From a virus, in IMG/VR virus record IMGVR_UViG_3300030390_001781, positions 5,356-69,355 of that record: 64,000 bases of DNA; one strand, written 5' to 3'. The translations under genes and the position numbers were made by a program. This document shows positions 1-11,200 of the stretch, piece after piece. Every line of letters begins with the position of its first letter. Positions within the stretch are counted from its first letter, which is position 1. The notes below the pieces were generated by a model. The model had not been told where the DNA came from. It did no database searches and saw nothing but the letters and a program-made list of their open reading frames with translations.

Positions 1-1
1 T

Positions 2-1633
2 TATAGAGTAATAGTTAAAAACAGAGATCCTTTTATCGAGCGTATTGACCCACGAACTGTTATATACGATATTGATAGCGATAAGGAAACTTTACAAGAT
101 TGTAAATACGCTGGTTTAGATAATTGGTACACAGTAAATGAAATTGTAGATAGATTTCAATTAGAAGGTTCTGTAATAGATGAACTAGAAAAATTGGAAA
201 ATATGGAAGCAGACCAAGTTTTAGAATTTAATTCTGCATATGATGCTTATATGACTAGTGATAGTAAGGCATTAAAAATAAGAGTAGTAGAAATAGAATG
301 GAAGTCTTTAAAAACTATTAAGTATAAAGTATCACCTAACAAGTACGACGAAGAAATAGACTATTACAAAATGGTTAAAGACGACTACGTACCAAAAGAT
401 GGTGAAAATGTAGTTAAGAGAGTTATCAATGACGTAAGATACTGCATACAAGTTGGACATAAGATAATATTAAAATTTGGTAGAAGACCAAATATTATAA
501 GGCATGAAGACAATTACGCTAATTGTAAACTAAGCTTCTTTGGTGTTATTAGAAATGCTTTTAATCAATCAACACTTTCTGTAGTTGACAGTTTAAAAAA
601 CATACAACTACTTTACAATATAGTAAATTATCATATAGAATTAGCATTAGCTCGTTCAGGAGGTAAGGCGTTAGTGTATGATGTAGCACAAAAACCTAAA
701 GGAATGAAGCTTAACGATGTTCTTTATCATTTAAAGAATAGTGGTTTAGCTGTAATTAACACTAACGAAGAAGGTATGCAGACTCGTTCGTTCAATCAGT
801 TTCAACAAGTAGATTTAACACTATCACAATCGGTAGGACAGTTAATAAACTTAAAAGTAATGCTTGAGCAAACTGCTGACCAACTAACAGGTATTACTGC
901 AAGTAGAGCAGGTATTACTAAGTCTAGTGATGCTGTAGGTGTTAACGAAAGAAGTGTGATGCAATCAACTTTAATTACTGCACCTTTATTTGATATTCAT
1001 TATGAACTAATTGGAGATACATTAAATGCTGCTGCTAATTTATTTAGATACTGTTGGGCTGATGATGATAGAATGATGAACATATTTGGAGATATGGGTA
1101 TTGAAGTTTTTAAATGGGAAAAAACTTCTGCATTAGACGAGATAGGATTGTTTGTAGAAAACTCTGCTAAAGAATTATCTAAGAAACAGTCTATGTACTC
1201 TATGATGGATAGAATGGCTTCTACGGGTAGTCTTGACCCATTGTCTACTATGAAAGCATTAAATGCTGAAAGTGCCGTTGAAGTTGAAAAGATACTTACA
1301 GAAGGTATTGAGGTAATGCAACAGAAAGAACAAGCTAATCAAGAATCTATGCAACAAATTGAATCTCAGAAAAATGAGATTGAAGCACAGAAAATGCAAG
1401 TTCCTATTGAGGTTGCTAAGATTAATTCAGAAACAGATATTAGAGTTGCTGAAATGAAAATTAATGCAGACCAAGGAAAATTAGACCAAGAGCAAGAATT
1501 TAATTCTGATTCTCAAAGTGTTCAGCAACAAAATGAATTAGATAAAATGATGTTACAAAACTCTAATACTGAAGAAGAACAAATGATGCAACAAGGTATG
1601 CAACAAGGCATGCCAGAAGAAGGTGAGGCATAA
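2..1633 (+). CDS. portal protein (5'-truncated by window edge)
   Basis: Frame open from base 2 (YRVIVKNRDPFIERIDPR...), continuous with the 194..1633 ORF; QTADQLTGITASRAG / AVGVNERSVMQS segment and Gln-rich helical C-terminus typical of podovirus/crAss portals; upstream of scaffold and MCP. Confidence 0.85.
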   Translation, partial: YRVIVKNRDPFIERIDPRTVIYDIDSDKETLQDCKYAGLDNWYTVNEIVDRFQLEGSVIDELEKLENMEADQVLEFNSAYDAYMTSDSKALKIRVVEIEWKSLKTIKYKVSPNKYDEEIDYYKMVKDDYVPKDGENVVKRVINDVRYCIQVGHKIILKFGRRPNIIRHEDNYANCKLSFFGVIRNAFNQSTLSVVDSLKNIQLLYNIVNYHIELALARSGGKALVYDVAQKPKGMKLNDVLYHLKNSGLAVINTNEEGMQTRSFNQFQQVDLTLSQSVGQLINLKVMLEQTADQLTGITASRAGITKSSDAVGVNERSVMQSTLITAPLFDIHYELIGDTLNAAANLFRYCWADDDRMMNIFGDMGIEVFKWEKTSALDEIGLFVENSAKELSKKQSMYSMMDRMASTGSLDPLSTMKALNAESAVEVEKILTEGIEVMQQKEQANQESMQQIESQKNEIEAQKMQVPIEVAKINSETDIRVAEMKINADQGKLDQEQEFNSDSQSVQQQNELDKMMLQNSNTEEEQMMQQGMQQGMPEEGEA

Positions 1634-1662
1634 TAACAATTTTTTTTATAAATTTATAACCA

Positions 1663-2721
1663 ATGAACGAAGAGGAAAAAGTAAACGAAACAGAAGTAGT
1701 GCAAGAATCTACAACTGAACAAGAAACAACTGAGTCAAATGAAGAAGTAGAATACGCATTTAATCCTGATGCTTTTTTTACAGAACAAAATGAAACAGTT
1801 ACAGAAGAAAACAATAATGAACCAACCAACGTACAAAACAACAACGCTACTGAAGAAAGTAACGATAATGATTTTAGTTGGGATAAAGGTTTAGAGTATT
1901 TAAAAGAAGATGGGAAACAAGAAGGGAGCGACTCTAACAGTAGCAATAGTGATAACGATAGCAATGATATTCAAGTTGCTGATAGAAGCATAGAACCTAG
2001 CTTTGAAGACTTTTTCAAAGAAGTAGGTGTAGAGGTAAAAACAAAAGAAGAATTTAAAGAATATTATAAATCTTTACAGGAAGAGAACGAACTTTTGAAA
2101 AAAAGTTATCCAGAAAAGAATGAAAAGATTGATAATTTCCAAAATCTTATTAAATTAGAGGACAAAGAACTTGTTGAGCGAAGTTTAATCGCTGATGGAT
2201 TTGAAGGAGTAGAACTAGAAAATGCAATGGAAAGAATGTTGGATAACGACATGGTTGACATTGAAGCAAAGAAAGTCCGCAACACATTAAATAAGGCTAT
2301 AGCTTCTGAAAGGGAAGTTATTATAGACTCAAAACGAACTGAAACTGCAAAGCAAGAAAAAGATCGTGAAGACTCTATTAAAAGTCTTAATGACTATTTA
2401 AATTCAACAGAAAAAATGTTTGGGTTTAAAATAGCTAGTACTCCTGAAAAGACTAACGAAATTCGTAAGAGTCATCAAGAGTATATTGTTAGCGGGAAAT
2501 TCTTACAAAATATTACTCAATCAGAAAAAAATCTAGCAGATTGTGCTTGGCTTTGGGCTAACAAAGACGTTATCTTAAAAGCAATGCAAACAAAAGGTTT
2601 TAATAGTGGGAGAAAAGATGTGTTAAATCAAATCGGAAACCCTGATGTTAATGCTAATTCTAGAACGTTTGCAGACCCTAAAGGTAATGGTGAGTTTAAT
2701 CCTAACAAGTTTAACATGTAA
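1663..2721 (+). CDS. putative capsid scaffolding / head assembly protein
   Basis: Very acidic disordered N-terminus plus coiled coils, between portal and MCP. Confidence 0.55.
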   Translation: MNEEEKVNETEVVQESTTEQETTESNEEVEYAFNPDAFFTEQNETVTEENNNEPTNVQNNNATEESNDNDFSWDKGLEYLKEDGKQEGSDSNSSNSDNDSNDIQVADRSIEPSFEDFFKEVGVEVKTKEEFKEYYKSLQEENELLKKSYPEKNEKIDNFQNLIKLEDKELVERSLIADGFEGVELENAMERMLDNDMVDIEAKKVRNTLNKAIASEREVIIDSKRTETAKQEKDREDSIKSLNDYLNSTEKMFGFKIASTPEKTNEIRKSHQEYIVSGKFLQNITQSEKNLADCAWLWANKDVILKAMQTKGFNSGRKDVLNQIGNPDVNANSRTFADPKGNGEFNPNKFNM

Positions 2722-2753
2722 AACAAATTTTTATAAATTAAATAAAAAAGCAA

Positions 2754-4124
2754 ATGAAATATCACAAAGGTTCATACGGTAAAGAAACCGTACAGTCAAA
2801 CGCTTTAGTAACTAACTTACTAAAGTACCCAGAAATAGCAAAAACATTAATTAGACAATACCCACAGTATTCTTTAAATTACTTTGTAGATGGTACGTCA
2901 CGTTTTGCTAAAGAAGAAGTTATTGGAGACAACTCATTTAAGTGGGCAGTTTTAGGTCGTACAAACAGACCTTCTACTCTTACAGGTGCTTCTACAGGTA
3001 ACGGTGTAGCAAATGGTACATTTACTTTTGATACAGAAGAAAACTTTATAAATCCAAATGATATTGTAAGATTCCAAGATGGAACTTCTGCAATTATTAT
3101 TGGAGAGCCAACAATTGTTGTTGGAGGTTATAGATTTTCTGCAAAGCTACAAACTAATGATGCAACTAAAACAATAGCTGCAGCAAACTTTACTGCAGGT
3201 AAAACTGTTAACGCTGCTGGTTCTGCATTTACAGAAGGTTCTGAAAGAGGTTACGAAAACTCTGTTTACCCTGATTGGTATGTTAACTATACTAAGATTA
3301 GTAGAAAAGCAAAATCTATTACAGGTTCAGCTTTAACTGATATTACTTGGATAGAAAACAACGGAGAAAAACTTTGGTTCTTTACAGAACAAAAAATCAT
3401 GGAAGAAGATTTCTTGTATGAGAGAGAAGTTTCTGATTGGTATTCTCAATCAACAATGGACGTTAATGGAAACGCTAAAGTTTTTGATAGCAACGGAAAA
3501 CCTATTATCAGTGGTGATGGTATTTTGAAGCAAATTGATTCTGCTAACGTTGATACTTATAGTGGTACTCTTACAGAAGAAAGAATTACTGATTTCTTAG
3601 CTCAGTTATCTCTGAACACAGGAGAAATGAACTCTCATTGGATTGTTTACACTGGTACTGCAGGTAAAGTAGCTTTCCATAAAGCAATGAAAGAATTAGT
3701 ATATCCTTCAGGTAACTTAGTATATGATGCTAAAGTTGGAATGGAAACTGAGATTGGAGTTAACTTTACAACTTACAATGCGTTAGGAAGTAGATTAACA
3801 CTTGCTCATTGTCCTATCTTTGATGATCCAAACTTACATACTGACATTGACCCTCAGTCTGGTTATTTAAAAGAATCATTTAGAATGGTATTCTTAAACT
3901 TTGGACAAACTGATGGTGTTTCAAACATCGAAAGAAAAGTTAAAGGTGCAGGAGGAATTAATCGTTCTATGATTATTAAATATTTGCCTGGAATGGTTGA
4001 CCCATTCAATCAAGCGCAAATGATGGCTGTAAATTCAAGAGATAGTTTCTCTATGGAAATACTTTCAGAATCAGGAATGGTAGTTAGAAACCCATTATCT
4101 TGTGGACAATTAATTTTTGCATAA
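2754..4124 (+). CDS. major capsid protein (crAss-like, HK97 fold)
   Basis: 456 aa; AFTEGSERG, IISGDGILKQI, VYTGTAGKVAF, LAHCPIFDDP motifs resemble crAss-family MCPs; synteny. Confidence 0.85.
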   Translation: MKYHKGSYGKETVQSNALVTNLLKYPEIAKTLIRQYPQYSLNYFVDGTSRFAKEEVIGDNSFKWAVLGRTNRPSTLTGASTGNGVANGTFTFDTEENFINPNDIVRFQDGTSAIIIGEPTIVVGGYRFSAKLQTNDATKTIAAANFTAGKTVNAAGSAFTEGSERGYENSVYPDWYVNYTKISRKAKSITGSALTDITWIENNGEKLWFFTEQKIMEEDFLYEREVSDWYSQSTMDVNGNAKVFDSNGKPIISGDGILKQIDSANVDTYSGTLTEERITDFLAQLSLNTGEMNSHWIVYTGTAGKVAFHKAMKELVYPSGNLVYDAKVGMETEIGVNFTTYNALGSRLTLAHCPIFDDPNLHTDIDPQSGYLKESFRMVFLNFGQTDGVSNIERKVKGAGGINRSMIIKYLPGMVDPFNQAQMMAVNSRDSFSMEILSESGMVVRNPLSCGQLIFA

Positions 4125-4150
4125 CAAGTTAAAAACGAAAGAAAAAGAAA

Positions 4151-4876
4151 ATGGAAAAGTTAGCAAAAGCAGAAGTAAAAAATTTGACAAAAGGTTTACC
4201 TATATCAGGAGTAGTCGAAGTACGTTTAGTTGACCCTAAACGTACGGGTACTATTACCGTAAGAAGTTGTAATCAAGTTGACGATTTTGGTAATCATACT
4301 TGGCGACCATTTGTTGATTCAAATGGAAGTGAGAGAGTAGAAAAGATTACTAGAAAAAGAATATTAAGACTTACTAATGAAAATGATAGACTGTTATACG
4401 GTCAATTAATACATCATCCTCATTATGTTAATAGTCCTACTTCTGTCATAAAGTTGGTTAATTTAGAAGAAGGTGCAGTTGATTTTATTAATAAACGAGA
4501 GTTTAAAAATAAAGCTGAAACTATTATTTCTAAATCATCTGACAAAGAATTGATTTCACTTGTTAGGGTTCTCAAAATTAACATTAAGCCTAATAGTAGT
4601 TTTAATGTTATTAAAAGAGAGATTTATGAATTTATTGATAACTACGATAGCACAAAACGTAAAAGTAATGCAGAGTTATTATTAGAGGAATATAATTCAC
4701 CTGATTACCCTATTAAAGTTCTTTTAAGAAATGCAATAGCACAAAAGACTGTAATTGACTCATTGAATCGAATGATGTTTGGTTCTGTAAACATGGGTAC
4801 TACATTTGAAACTGCTGCAATATTTTTAAAAAACAATAAAGACATTGCAAACGAATTAGAAAAAGCTGTAGAATAA
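4151..4876 (+). CDS. conserved crAss-like protein downstream of MCP
   Basis: 241 aa directly after MCP; C-terminal IFLKNNKDIANELEK pattern; synteny. Confidence 0.55.
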   Translation: MEKLAKAEVKNLTKGLPISGVVEVRLVDPKRTGTITVRSCNQVDDFGNHTWRPFVDSNGSERVEKITRKRILRLTNENDRLLYGQLIHHPHYVNSPTSVIKLVNLEEGAVDFINKREFKNKAETIISKSSDKELISLVRVLKINIKPNSSFNVIKREIYEFIDNYDSTKRKSNAELLLEEYNSPDYPIKVLLRNAIAQKTVIDSLNRMMFGSVNMGTTFETAAIFLKNNKDIANELEKAVE

Positions 4877-5530
4877 ATGACTATTATAGAAATGCACAAA
4901 CTAGCCGATTTGCTTATTGATAAAGCAGATGCTCCTTGGTTTACTTCGGAGGAAAAGGATATGTTTATTAATCTAGCTATCAAACAAATTGTTGATGTAA
5001 ATTATCGAGAGTTTGAAAAAGATGAAGAGGTTCGTGCAAAACTTAATACAATAGTTAGAACTACAAACTTAGGTTCTGTTGCTCAAGTTAATTTAACTGC
5101 AATAACTGATTTTAGATATACACTAGCATTAAAAGGTACTGCTCCTGATAATTGTGGCAAATTAGTTTCTAGAAAAATATCTCCTGTACAATGGGATGAT
5201 GAAGCTGGAAATCAAAATGACCCATTTAATAAGAACAGTGATACAAACCTTGGATATGTACAAGAGAACATTGTTGGTACAGGCGACGTATTAAATATAT
5301 TAAGTGATACGACACCTACTAATGTAATCTTAGTTTTTCTAAAGACACCAGTTGATGTATTTAATGATACTGTCAATCCTGCTAACAATGTAAATTGTGA
5401 GTTGCCTGATAGTGTACATGAAGAAGTTGTTAATTTAGCTGTAAGAAAAATGTTAGTTACTACCGAAAGTCAAATTCAATATCAAACTCAAGCTAATGAG
5501 ATTGCAAGTGAAAATGAAAATAAAAGATAA
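4877..5530 (+). CDS. tail ring / head-tail connector protein
   Basis: EEKDMFINLA and CELPDSVHEEVVNLAV motifs typical of crAss ring proteins. Confidence 0.7.
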   Translation: MTIIEMHKLADLLIDKADAPWFTSEEKDMFINLAIKQIVDVNYREFEKDEEVRAKLNTIVRTTNLGSVAQVNLTAITDFRYTLALKGTAPDNCGKLVSRKISPVQWDDEAGNQNDPFNKNSDTNLGYVQENIVGTGDVLNILSDTTPTNVILVFLKTPVDVFNDTVNPANNVNCELPDSVHEEVVNLAVRKMLVTTESQIQYQTQANEIASENENKR

Positions 5531-5571
5531 AAAAACAATTTAAAAAAAAACAATAATTAAAATTTATTACA

Positions 5572-6306
5572 ATGGCAAGAGAAACATTCGCAATCGTAAC
5601 AGGAGCATTACCAACTAAAATAGTTGGTACTGATATTTTTCAACTTTCACCTGGTTATTCTATTAGTGGTGAATCATTAAGAAATGTAACTGCAATTAAT
5701 ATAATAGCAGCAACGGGAACTGCAGGTTCAGATTCAATTATTTTTTCAGGAACTTATGAAGTTGGAGATCAAGTTAAAGTAACAATTTCTTCAAACTTAA
5801 CAGCAAGTCAAAAATACAGAAAGACTTATACTGTTGATGTAAGTAAGTCTATTAAAAAATCTACAAACACACTTACTAACAGAGCAATAGCTGACGCTTT
5901 TGAAGCAAAGTTTGAAAGTGAAGTTAATGCTGGACTTATTGATTATCCAATAGCATCTGCTGTAGCATCTACAGTTGGAGCAACAGGTAAATTACTTATT
6001 ACTCAAAAAGGAGCTGACAAGAAAGGTCTTGAAACATTTGTTTACGCAAGTTCTGCTGCTGGTGTAGTTGCTTCAACTATTTCACAGACAGTTTACTCAG
6101 AAGGTCAGCCTGCTGATTTAAAAGAAGCGGGAATTGCTGCAGACGAAATTACTGCAGCTACATATACAACAACACTTGTAACTCTTAATATTGATGTTGC
6201 ACAACCTTTTATTGATTCAAAAGGAACTGTTGTAAAAGATTTAAAAATCTTTTCTAGTACTGCTGGATATACTGCTGCTTTGCAAGTATTAATTAATGCT
6301 TTATAA
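5572..6306 (+). CDS. putative auxiliary capsid (decoration) protein
   Basis: Ala/Thr/Gly-rich beta protein followed by a strong terminator; synteny. Confidence 0.5.
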   Translation: MARETFAIVTGALPTKIVGTDIFQLSPGYSISGESLRNVTAINIIAATGTAGSDSIIFSGTYEVGDQVKVTISSNLTASQKYRKTYTVDVSKSIKKSTNTLTNRAIADAFEAKFESEVNAGLIDYPIASAVASTVGATGKLLITQKGADKKGLETFVYASSAAGVVASTISQTVYSEGQPADLKEAGIAADEITAATYTTTLVTLNIDVAQPFIDSKGTVVKDLKIFSSTAGYTAALQVLINAL

Positions 6307-6340
6307 GAGTAGCTTTTAAACAATAATTTAATATTAATTT

Positions 6341-6376
6341 AAAAAAAGCTCGCAAGTTTATTGCGAGCTTTTTTTT
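6341..6376 (+). terminator. intrinsic terminator (bidirectional form)
   Basis: A7-GCTCGCAA-GTTTA-TTGCGAGC-T8 perfect stem with poly-T. Confidence 0.85.
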
Positions 6377-6378
6377 AT

Positions 6379-6386
6379 TAAATTTG
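6379..6386 (+). promoter_or_regulatory. candidate Bacteroidota sigma70 -7 box (TAAATTTG)
   Basis: Exact TAnnTTTG right after the terminator and 5 nt before ATG at 6392. Confidence 0.35.
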
Positions 6387-6391
6387 AAAGC

Positions 6392-7090
6392 ATGGCAACA
6401 TTAAATGAATTAGCATATAATATTAGAAATATAGCTAGGAGTGGTCAAGGTAATTCTGATGATGACCGTTTAACTATTGCACAAATAAAATTTTGGATAG
6501 GTTATTACAGAGCAGAAGGTGTTTTACAGACTACTAATTACGGAAAAGATATACACCCACAAATGGTACAAGACTTAGGTATTGTTCCATTAGTAGAAGT
6601 TGATGCAACTGATTCAGATTGCCCTACAGTACAATGGGGTTGTACAATAAAAAAAGTAGTTGTTCCAAAATTTGTAGACTTTCCTAAAGATAGAGCGATA
6701 GTATTTGTTGGAAAAATTGATAAAAGAGAACCATTTATTTTAGGTAATGCTGATACTGATTATTTTAAATCAGCTACTCAGTTTGGAAAAATGATGTCAA
6801 GAGTAACTGCTATTGGAAACAATATGTATTTTCAATTAAATAACAAAGATTTAGATTTAGAGTATGTTAACATTAGGGGTGTATTTGAAGACCCTACAAA
6901 AGTAGACCAATACGCTACAAGTGGTTGTAAGCCAGTTTGTTTTGATGATGCTACAAGTGAATACCCTATGCCTTTAAATCTTTACGTTTATGTTTTAACA
7001 AACATATTACAAAAAGAATTGCAATTTAATGAAGCTGCTGTAAATGACGAATTAAACAATGCAAGAAAAGACAATCAAAAGATGGGATAG
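6392..7090 (+). CDS. tail ring protein
   Basis: MATLNELAYNI start; LEYVNIRGVFEDP and EYPMP motifs of crAss ring proteins. Confidence 0.7.
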   Translation: MATLNELAYNIRNIARSGQGNSDDDRLTIAQIKFWIGYYRAEGVLQTTNYGKDIHPQMVQDLGIVPLVEVDATDSDCPTVQWGCTIKKVVVPKFVDFPKDRAIVFVGKIDKREPFILGNADTDYFKSATQFGKMMSRVTAIGNNMYFQLNNKDLDLEYVNIRGVFEDPTKVDQYATSGCKPVCFDDATSEYPMPLNLYVYVLTNILQKELQFNEAAVNDELNNARKDNQKMG

Positions 7091-7502
7091 TAAAGGTCGT
7101 ATAACTTTAATAGGTGTGTACGAAGAAGCTAAAAAAGAGATAGAAAGAGAACTTGCTAAAAGACCATATTTAAATAAACGTACAATAACGTTTAGAGAAT
7201 TTAGAAGTGTAGTGAAACCTTATTTAAGTTTCATAATAAACTATACAATGATGGGTTTTGAATATAAGTTGCCTAATAAATTTGGAAGTTTAAGAATTAT
7301 TAAAAAGAAAAACAACAAAAGGCAAAGGTATTACAAAGCTGATAGTGTTGATGATTTTTATACAAAAGGATATTGGCACGAATTGTATTGGTTTAGACCT
7401 GATAAATGGAAAGATATTAACGTGAAGTTAAGTCCTACTCAAACCAAAAAAATGATGAAACAAATCAATAGAGGTTATGAGTATGCTGACTTTACAGAAT
7501 AA
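7059..7502 (+). CDS. IHF/HU-like DNA-binding protein
   Basis: Basic; helix then GFEYKLPNKFGSLRIIKKK strand pattern; position before tail tubular gene as in crAss-like phages. Confidence 0.6.
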   Translation: MQEKTIKRWDSKGRITLIGVYEEAKKEIERELAKRPYLNKRTITFREFRSVVKPYLSFIINYTMMGFEYKLPNKFGSLRIIKKKNNKRQRYYKADSVDDFYTKGYWHELYWFRPDKWKDINVKLSPTQTKKMMKQINRGYEYADFTE

Positions 7503-7510
7503 ATAAAGAT

Positions 7511-8230
7511 ATGAATAGCGACAAAGTTTCTATAAGAAGAATTATTGGTGATGTAGCTGGTAACTTAGGTTTAAAAAATGTTAATCAGTACATAGATGAC
7601 TTTGCAAGGTGGTCTGTTGAAGCTGAAAACTTAATTGGAACAGATAACTCATATACACACAAAGAGTGCTTGTTGAAGGTTAAAAATATGAAGGCTACTT
7701 TGCCTGATGATTTAATTACTCTTAGTGGTTTAAAATATAACAATACTGAAATAGAGTTTAGTGATAAAAACTTTGCTATGTTTAATAAGAGTGCTTCTAA
7801 CGGAGGTTCAGTACACTTAGCTAACATATCAGCAGCAAAGTTAAATAACGCCAACACAAGACAAGAGAGTGCTGGTAGTACTTACAATCTTGTATTTACT
7901 TTAAAGAATAGATACATATACGTTAACAGTAAAGACATTACTGAATTTGGAATTAGTTACGAAGGTGTATCTATAGACGATGAAGGATTTCCTTTAATAG
8001 CTAAGAGTCATGAGTTAGCTGTATCTCATTATTTAATGTGGAAGTGTAAGTCTGTAGACTATTATAATGGTAAGATACCTAATCATATTTATAAAGAACT
8101 TGAATCAAGATGGTATTACTTATGCGCGCAAGCAAGAGGTAATGATGAAATGCCTAATCCTGCAAAGCTAGAGTATCTTGCAAATATGTTTAATCAGTTA
8201 CTTCCTTTACCAAATAAAAAATACTTTTAA
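7511..8230 (+). CDS. tail tubular / ring protein (P22 gp4-like)
   Basis: KATLPDD, IDDEGFPLI, WYYLCAQA motifs; precedes stabilisation protein. Confidence 0.7.
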   Translation: MNSDKVSIRRIIGDVAGNLGLKNVNQYIDDFARWSVEAENLIGTDNSYTHKECLLKVKNMKATLPDDLITLSGLKYNNTEIEFSDKNFAMFNKSASNGGSVHLANISAAKLNNANTRQESAGSTYNLVFTLKNRYIYVNSKDITEFGISYEGVSIDDEGFPLIAKSHELAVSHYLMWKCKSVDYYNGKIPNHIYKELESRWYYLCAQARGNDEMPNPAKLEYLANMFNQLLPLPNKKYF

Positions 8231-11200
8231 TGACACAGATTAGTAAAAATATTTTTAGCAAAGGTTTAAATCGAGATTACGACCCAACTAATGTTAGTGC
8301 TACTTCAATGGTAGATAACATTAATGGTAAGTTAATGTTTAACAAACGTGGTACACTTGATTGGGTAGAGGATAACGGTAACAAGTTGTCATTTACTTTA
8401 AACGGTAATAGTGGTGCTGATTTAAACAGATATGTACCAATAGGTTATGCTGGTAATGGTAATATAAAAATTATTTTTTCAGTTAGACAGAATTTATCTT
8501 TTTCTGAAATAGGAATTTTAGGAACTGATTTAGAAGGTAACGGAACTTATGCTACATTGTTTAACGATGCTAATGATCCAAACAATCAAAAATTAAATTT
8601 TAAAACTACAAACCAAATATGTGCTAGATTTCTTTATGAAAATAATGAAACAATAAGAGTGTATTGGGTTGATGGTGTAGAAACAGACAGTAATCCTCCT
8701 AGAGTATTTACTATAAAATATAATATTGCATTAGAAAAAAATGATGTAACAGCATATAGCATTGTAACAAACTCTGTACACAGTATTAATAGTCAGTCTG
8801 AATTTAATATAGGTATAATAAAATATAACAAAAGATTATCAGGAAGTATTTTAACAGGTGTATATCAATACACCTATAGACTTTTAACAGATGACGGTTA
8901 TGCTACTGGATGGGTTACTCCTACAAATAAAGTATTTGTAACTAGTGATAATTATAACACTACAAACTCAAATCTTTATGAGATGGAAGGTAGTGGTATT
9001 GATTCAGGCAAAGGAAATAGAATAGAAATAAAAGGTGTAGACGATAGATACAATAGAATACAAGTAGCTTATTTGTATTCAAAAACAAAAGCTATTGTCG
9101 ATGAATCTAATATATTTTCTGACACAGCAATTATTTCTGGTACAACAACTATGTCTTTTGACCATGTTGCTAATGTTGGAGAACCACTTATAACTGATAC
9201 TATAGCTCAAAGATTTCAAGGAATAGTAGCTGCTAAAACATTAGAAGTAAAAGATAGTGTTTTATATTATGGTAATATAATTGAAAATTTATTAAAAATA
9301 ACTTCTGCAGAATTAGAAACAATTTTATCAGGATTAGCAATAACTCCTAAGTTTAGAGATATGCGTTCTGATACTATAGGTCTTACTAGAAATACTACTC
9401 CTTTAGTTAATGCAGAGGGTGTAGCCCAAGGAACTATAAATAAACAAATGTATAATGGACAGCAAGAGCCATATAATGTTACAAATGATTATATAAACTA
9501 TAAAGGAACACAAACAGAGCATTTATTTACAGGTTATTTTAGAGGGGAAACATATAGGTTTGCAATAGTATTTTATGACAAATTAGGTTATCCGTATTTT
9601 GCTTTTCATTTAGCAGATTTTACTTTTCCTGACCAATACGATACTACTTATAAATGGAACAGATTAAAATTAGATGGAACTACTACAGGCGTAACAACAG
9701 CTAATTTAACTATTGCTGCTTCAACTACTAACGATTATCACCACACACCTTTAGTTGGAGAACCAGTATTACTTAATGACCCTTTGCACAATGATACTTA
9801 TTCTCATTTAAGAATAATGGGTATTGATGTAAGTGGTATAGATATAACTACTATAAAAGATAAAATAAGTGGTTTTAGTATTGTTAGAACTGATAGAGAT
9901 GCTACAATTATTAATCAAGGTTTAATAATGCCTACTTTAGTAGATGCAACAACTAATACAATAACAAGACCACATTTAACAAGTTTTCATAGATGGGATA
10001 ATACAAATCCTACACAGGCTAATCTTTCTAGAACTTTATTTAATCTGCATGAATATAATGGTTCTGTAAATAACAAATACAAAAGTAGACCAAATCAATC
10101 TGTTTTTTACTGTCCTGATTATGATTTTGATGAAACTACAATACCTACAGTACAAACTAGCGATACATTAAAAATAGTAGGTTCATGTTATAAAGCTCCA
10201 AATGAAACTTATGTTCAAGATTCAGGTGGTTCGTATAATGGCGCTCACATGACTTACATTGCTCAATTGCAAAGTTCTCCAAGAGAAAGTCCATGTGTTA
10301 TTAGTAAATGGTATAGATCATATAATCCATATCACGAAAGTCCTGCTGACTATTTTCCTCAATATGGTAGAAATGTAAATGGTATAGAATATCAAGTAAG
10401 ATTAGGTTTTCGTTCAACAGTAACAGCTTATGAAGGAAATTTAGATTTTCATAATGCTATACAATATAAAACAGGCTCTGCTCCAACTACTGAAGGTTTA
10501 ATTGCTCAATTAACTAGTTATTGGGGTTACGGAAAGAAAAACACCTTGTTGTACAAGCATGGAAATTTTACTGGAAATCAATCTGTAAGTCCATTTTTTA
10601 ATTACTCAGGAGGTACTAGTTCTTTAAATAGAAATACAGGTGGTGGTTCTTTAATAGCTAATTACGTAAAACAAAATACAACTGTTTATGGTGGATTGAC
10701 TATTAGTTCAATGCAACAAACAATTTTTTATTCTACAGGTCATTTTCAGCCAATAGGTAATTCAGATTTTCCTGAAGCAACAAATGATTTGTACAATAAC
10801 ATTGAAGTTTACGGTGGAGATTGTTATTTAGATTATTTTGGTTTTTTAAGAATATATGGTAGGTATGAAACTAATAATAGTGGTGATGATGTTTCTTATG
10901 GAGTAGTATTTCCATACGAAAGTACTATTAACCACACAATGCGTCAAGCTTCGTCATCGACAGAGCCTATGTACCCAAATGTTGGTCATAGAGGTTATAA
11001 TAGTTTTAACTCACAAGCAGCAAATGTTTTTGGAGGTTCTATTTTTGCTTCAGGTTTGTTTTATGATATTGTATCAGGAAATGCTTTATTTGAAGAGTTT
11101 AACTATAACGATGTGTTAACTTTTTCAGAGTTAACTAAATTTTTTAACACTCAACCATTTGCTTTTCAAAATGTAAATGAATATCCTATAAGATGGCGAC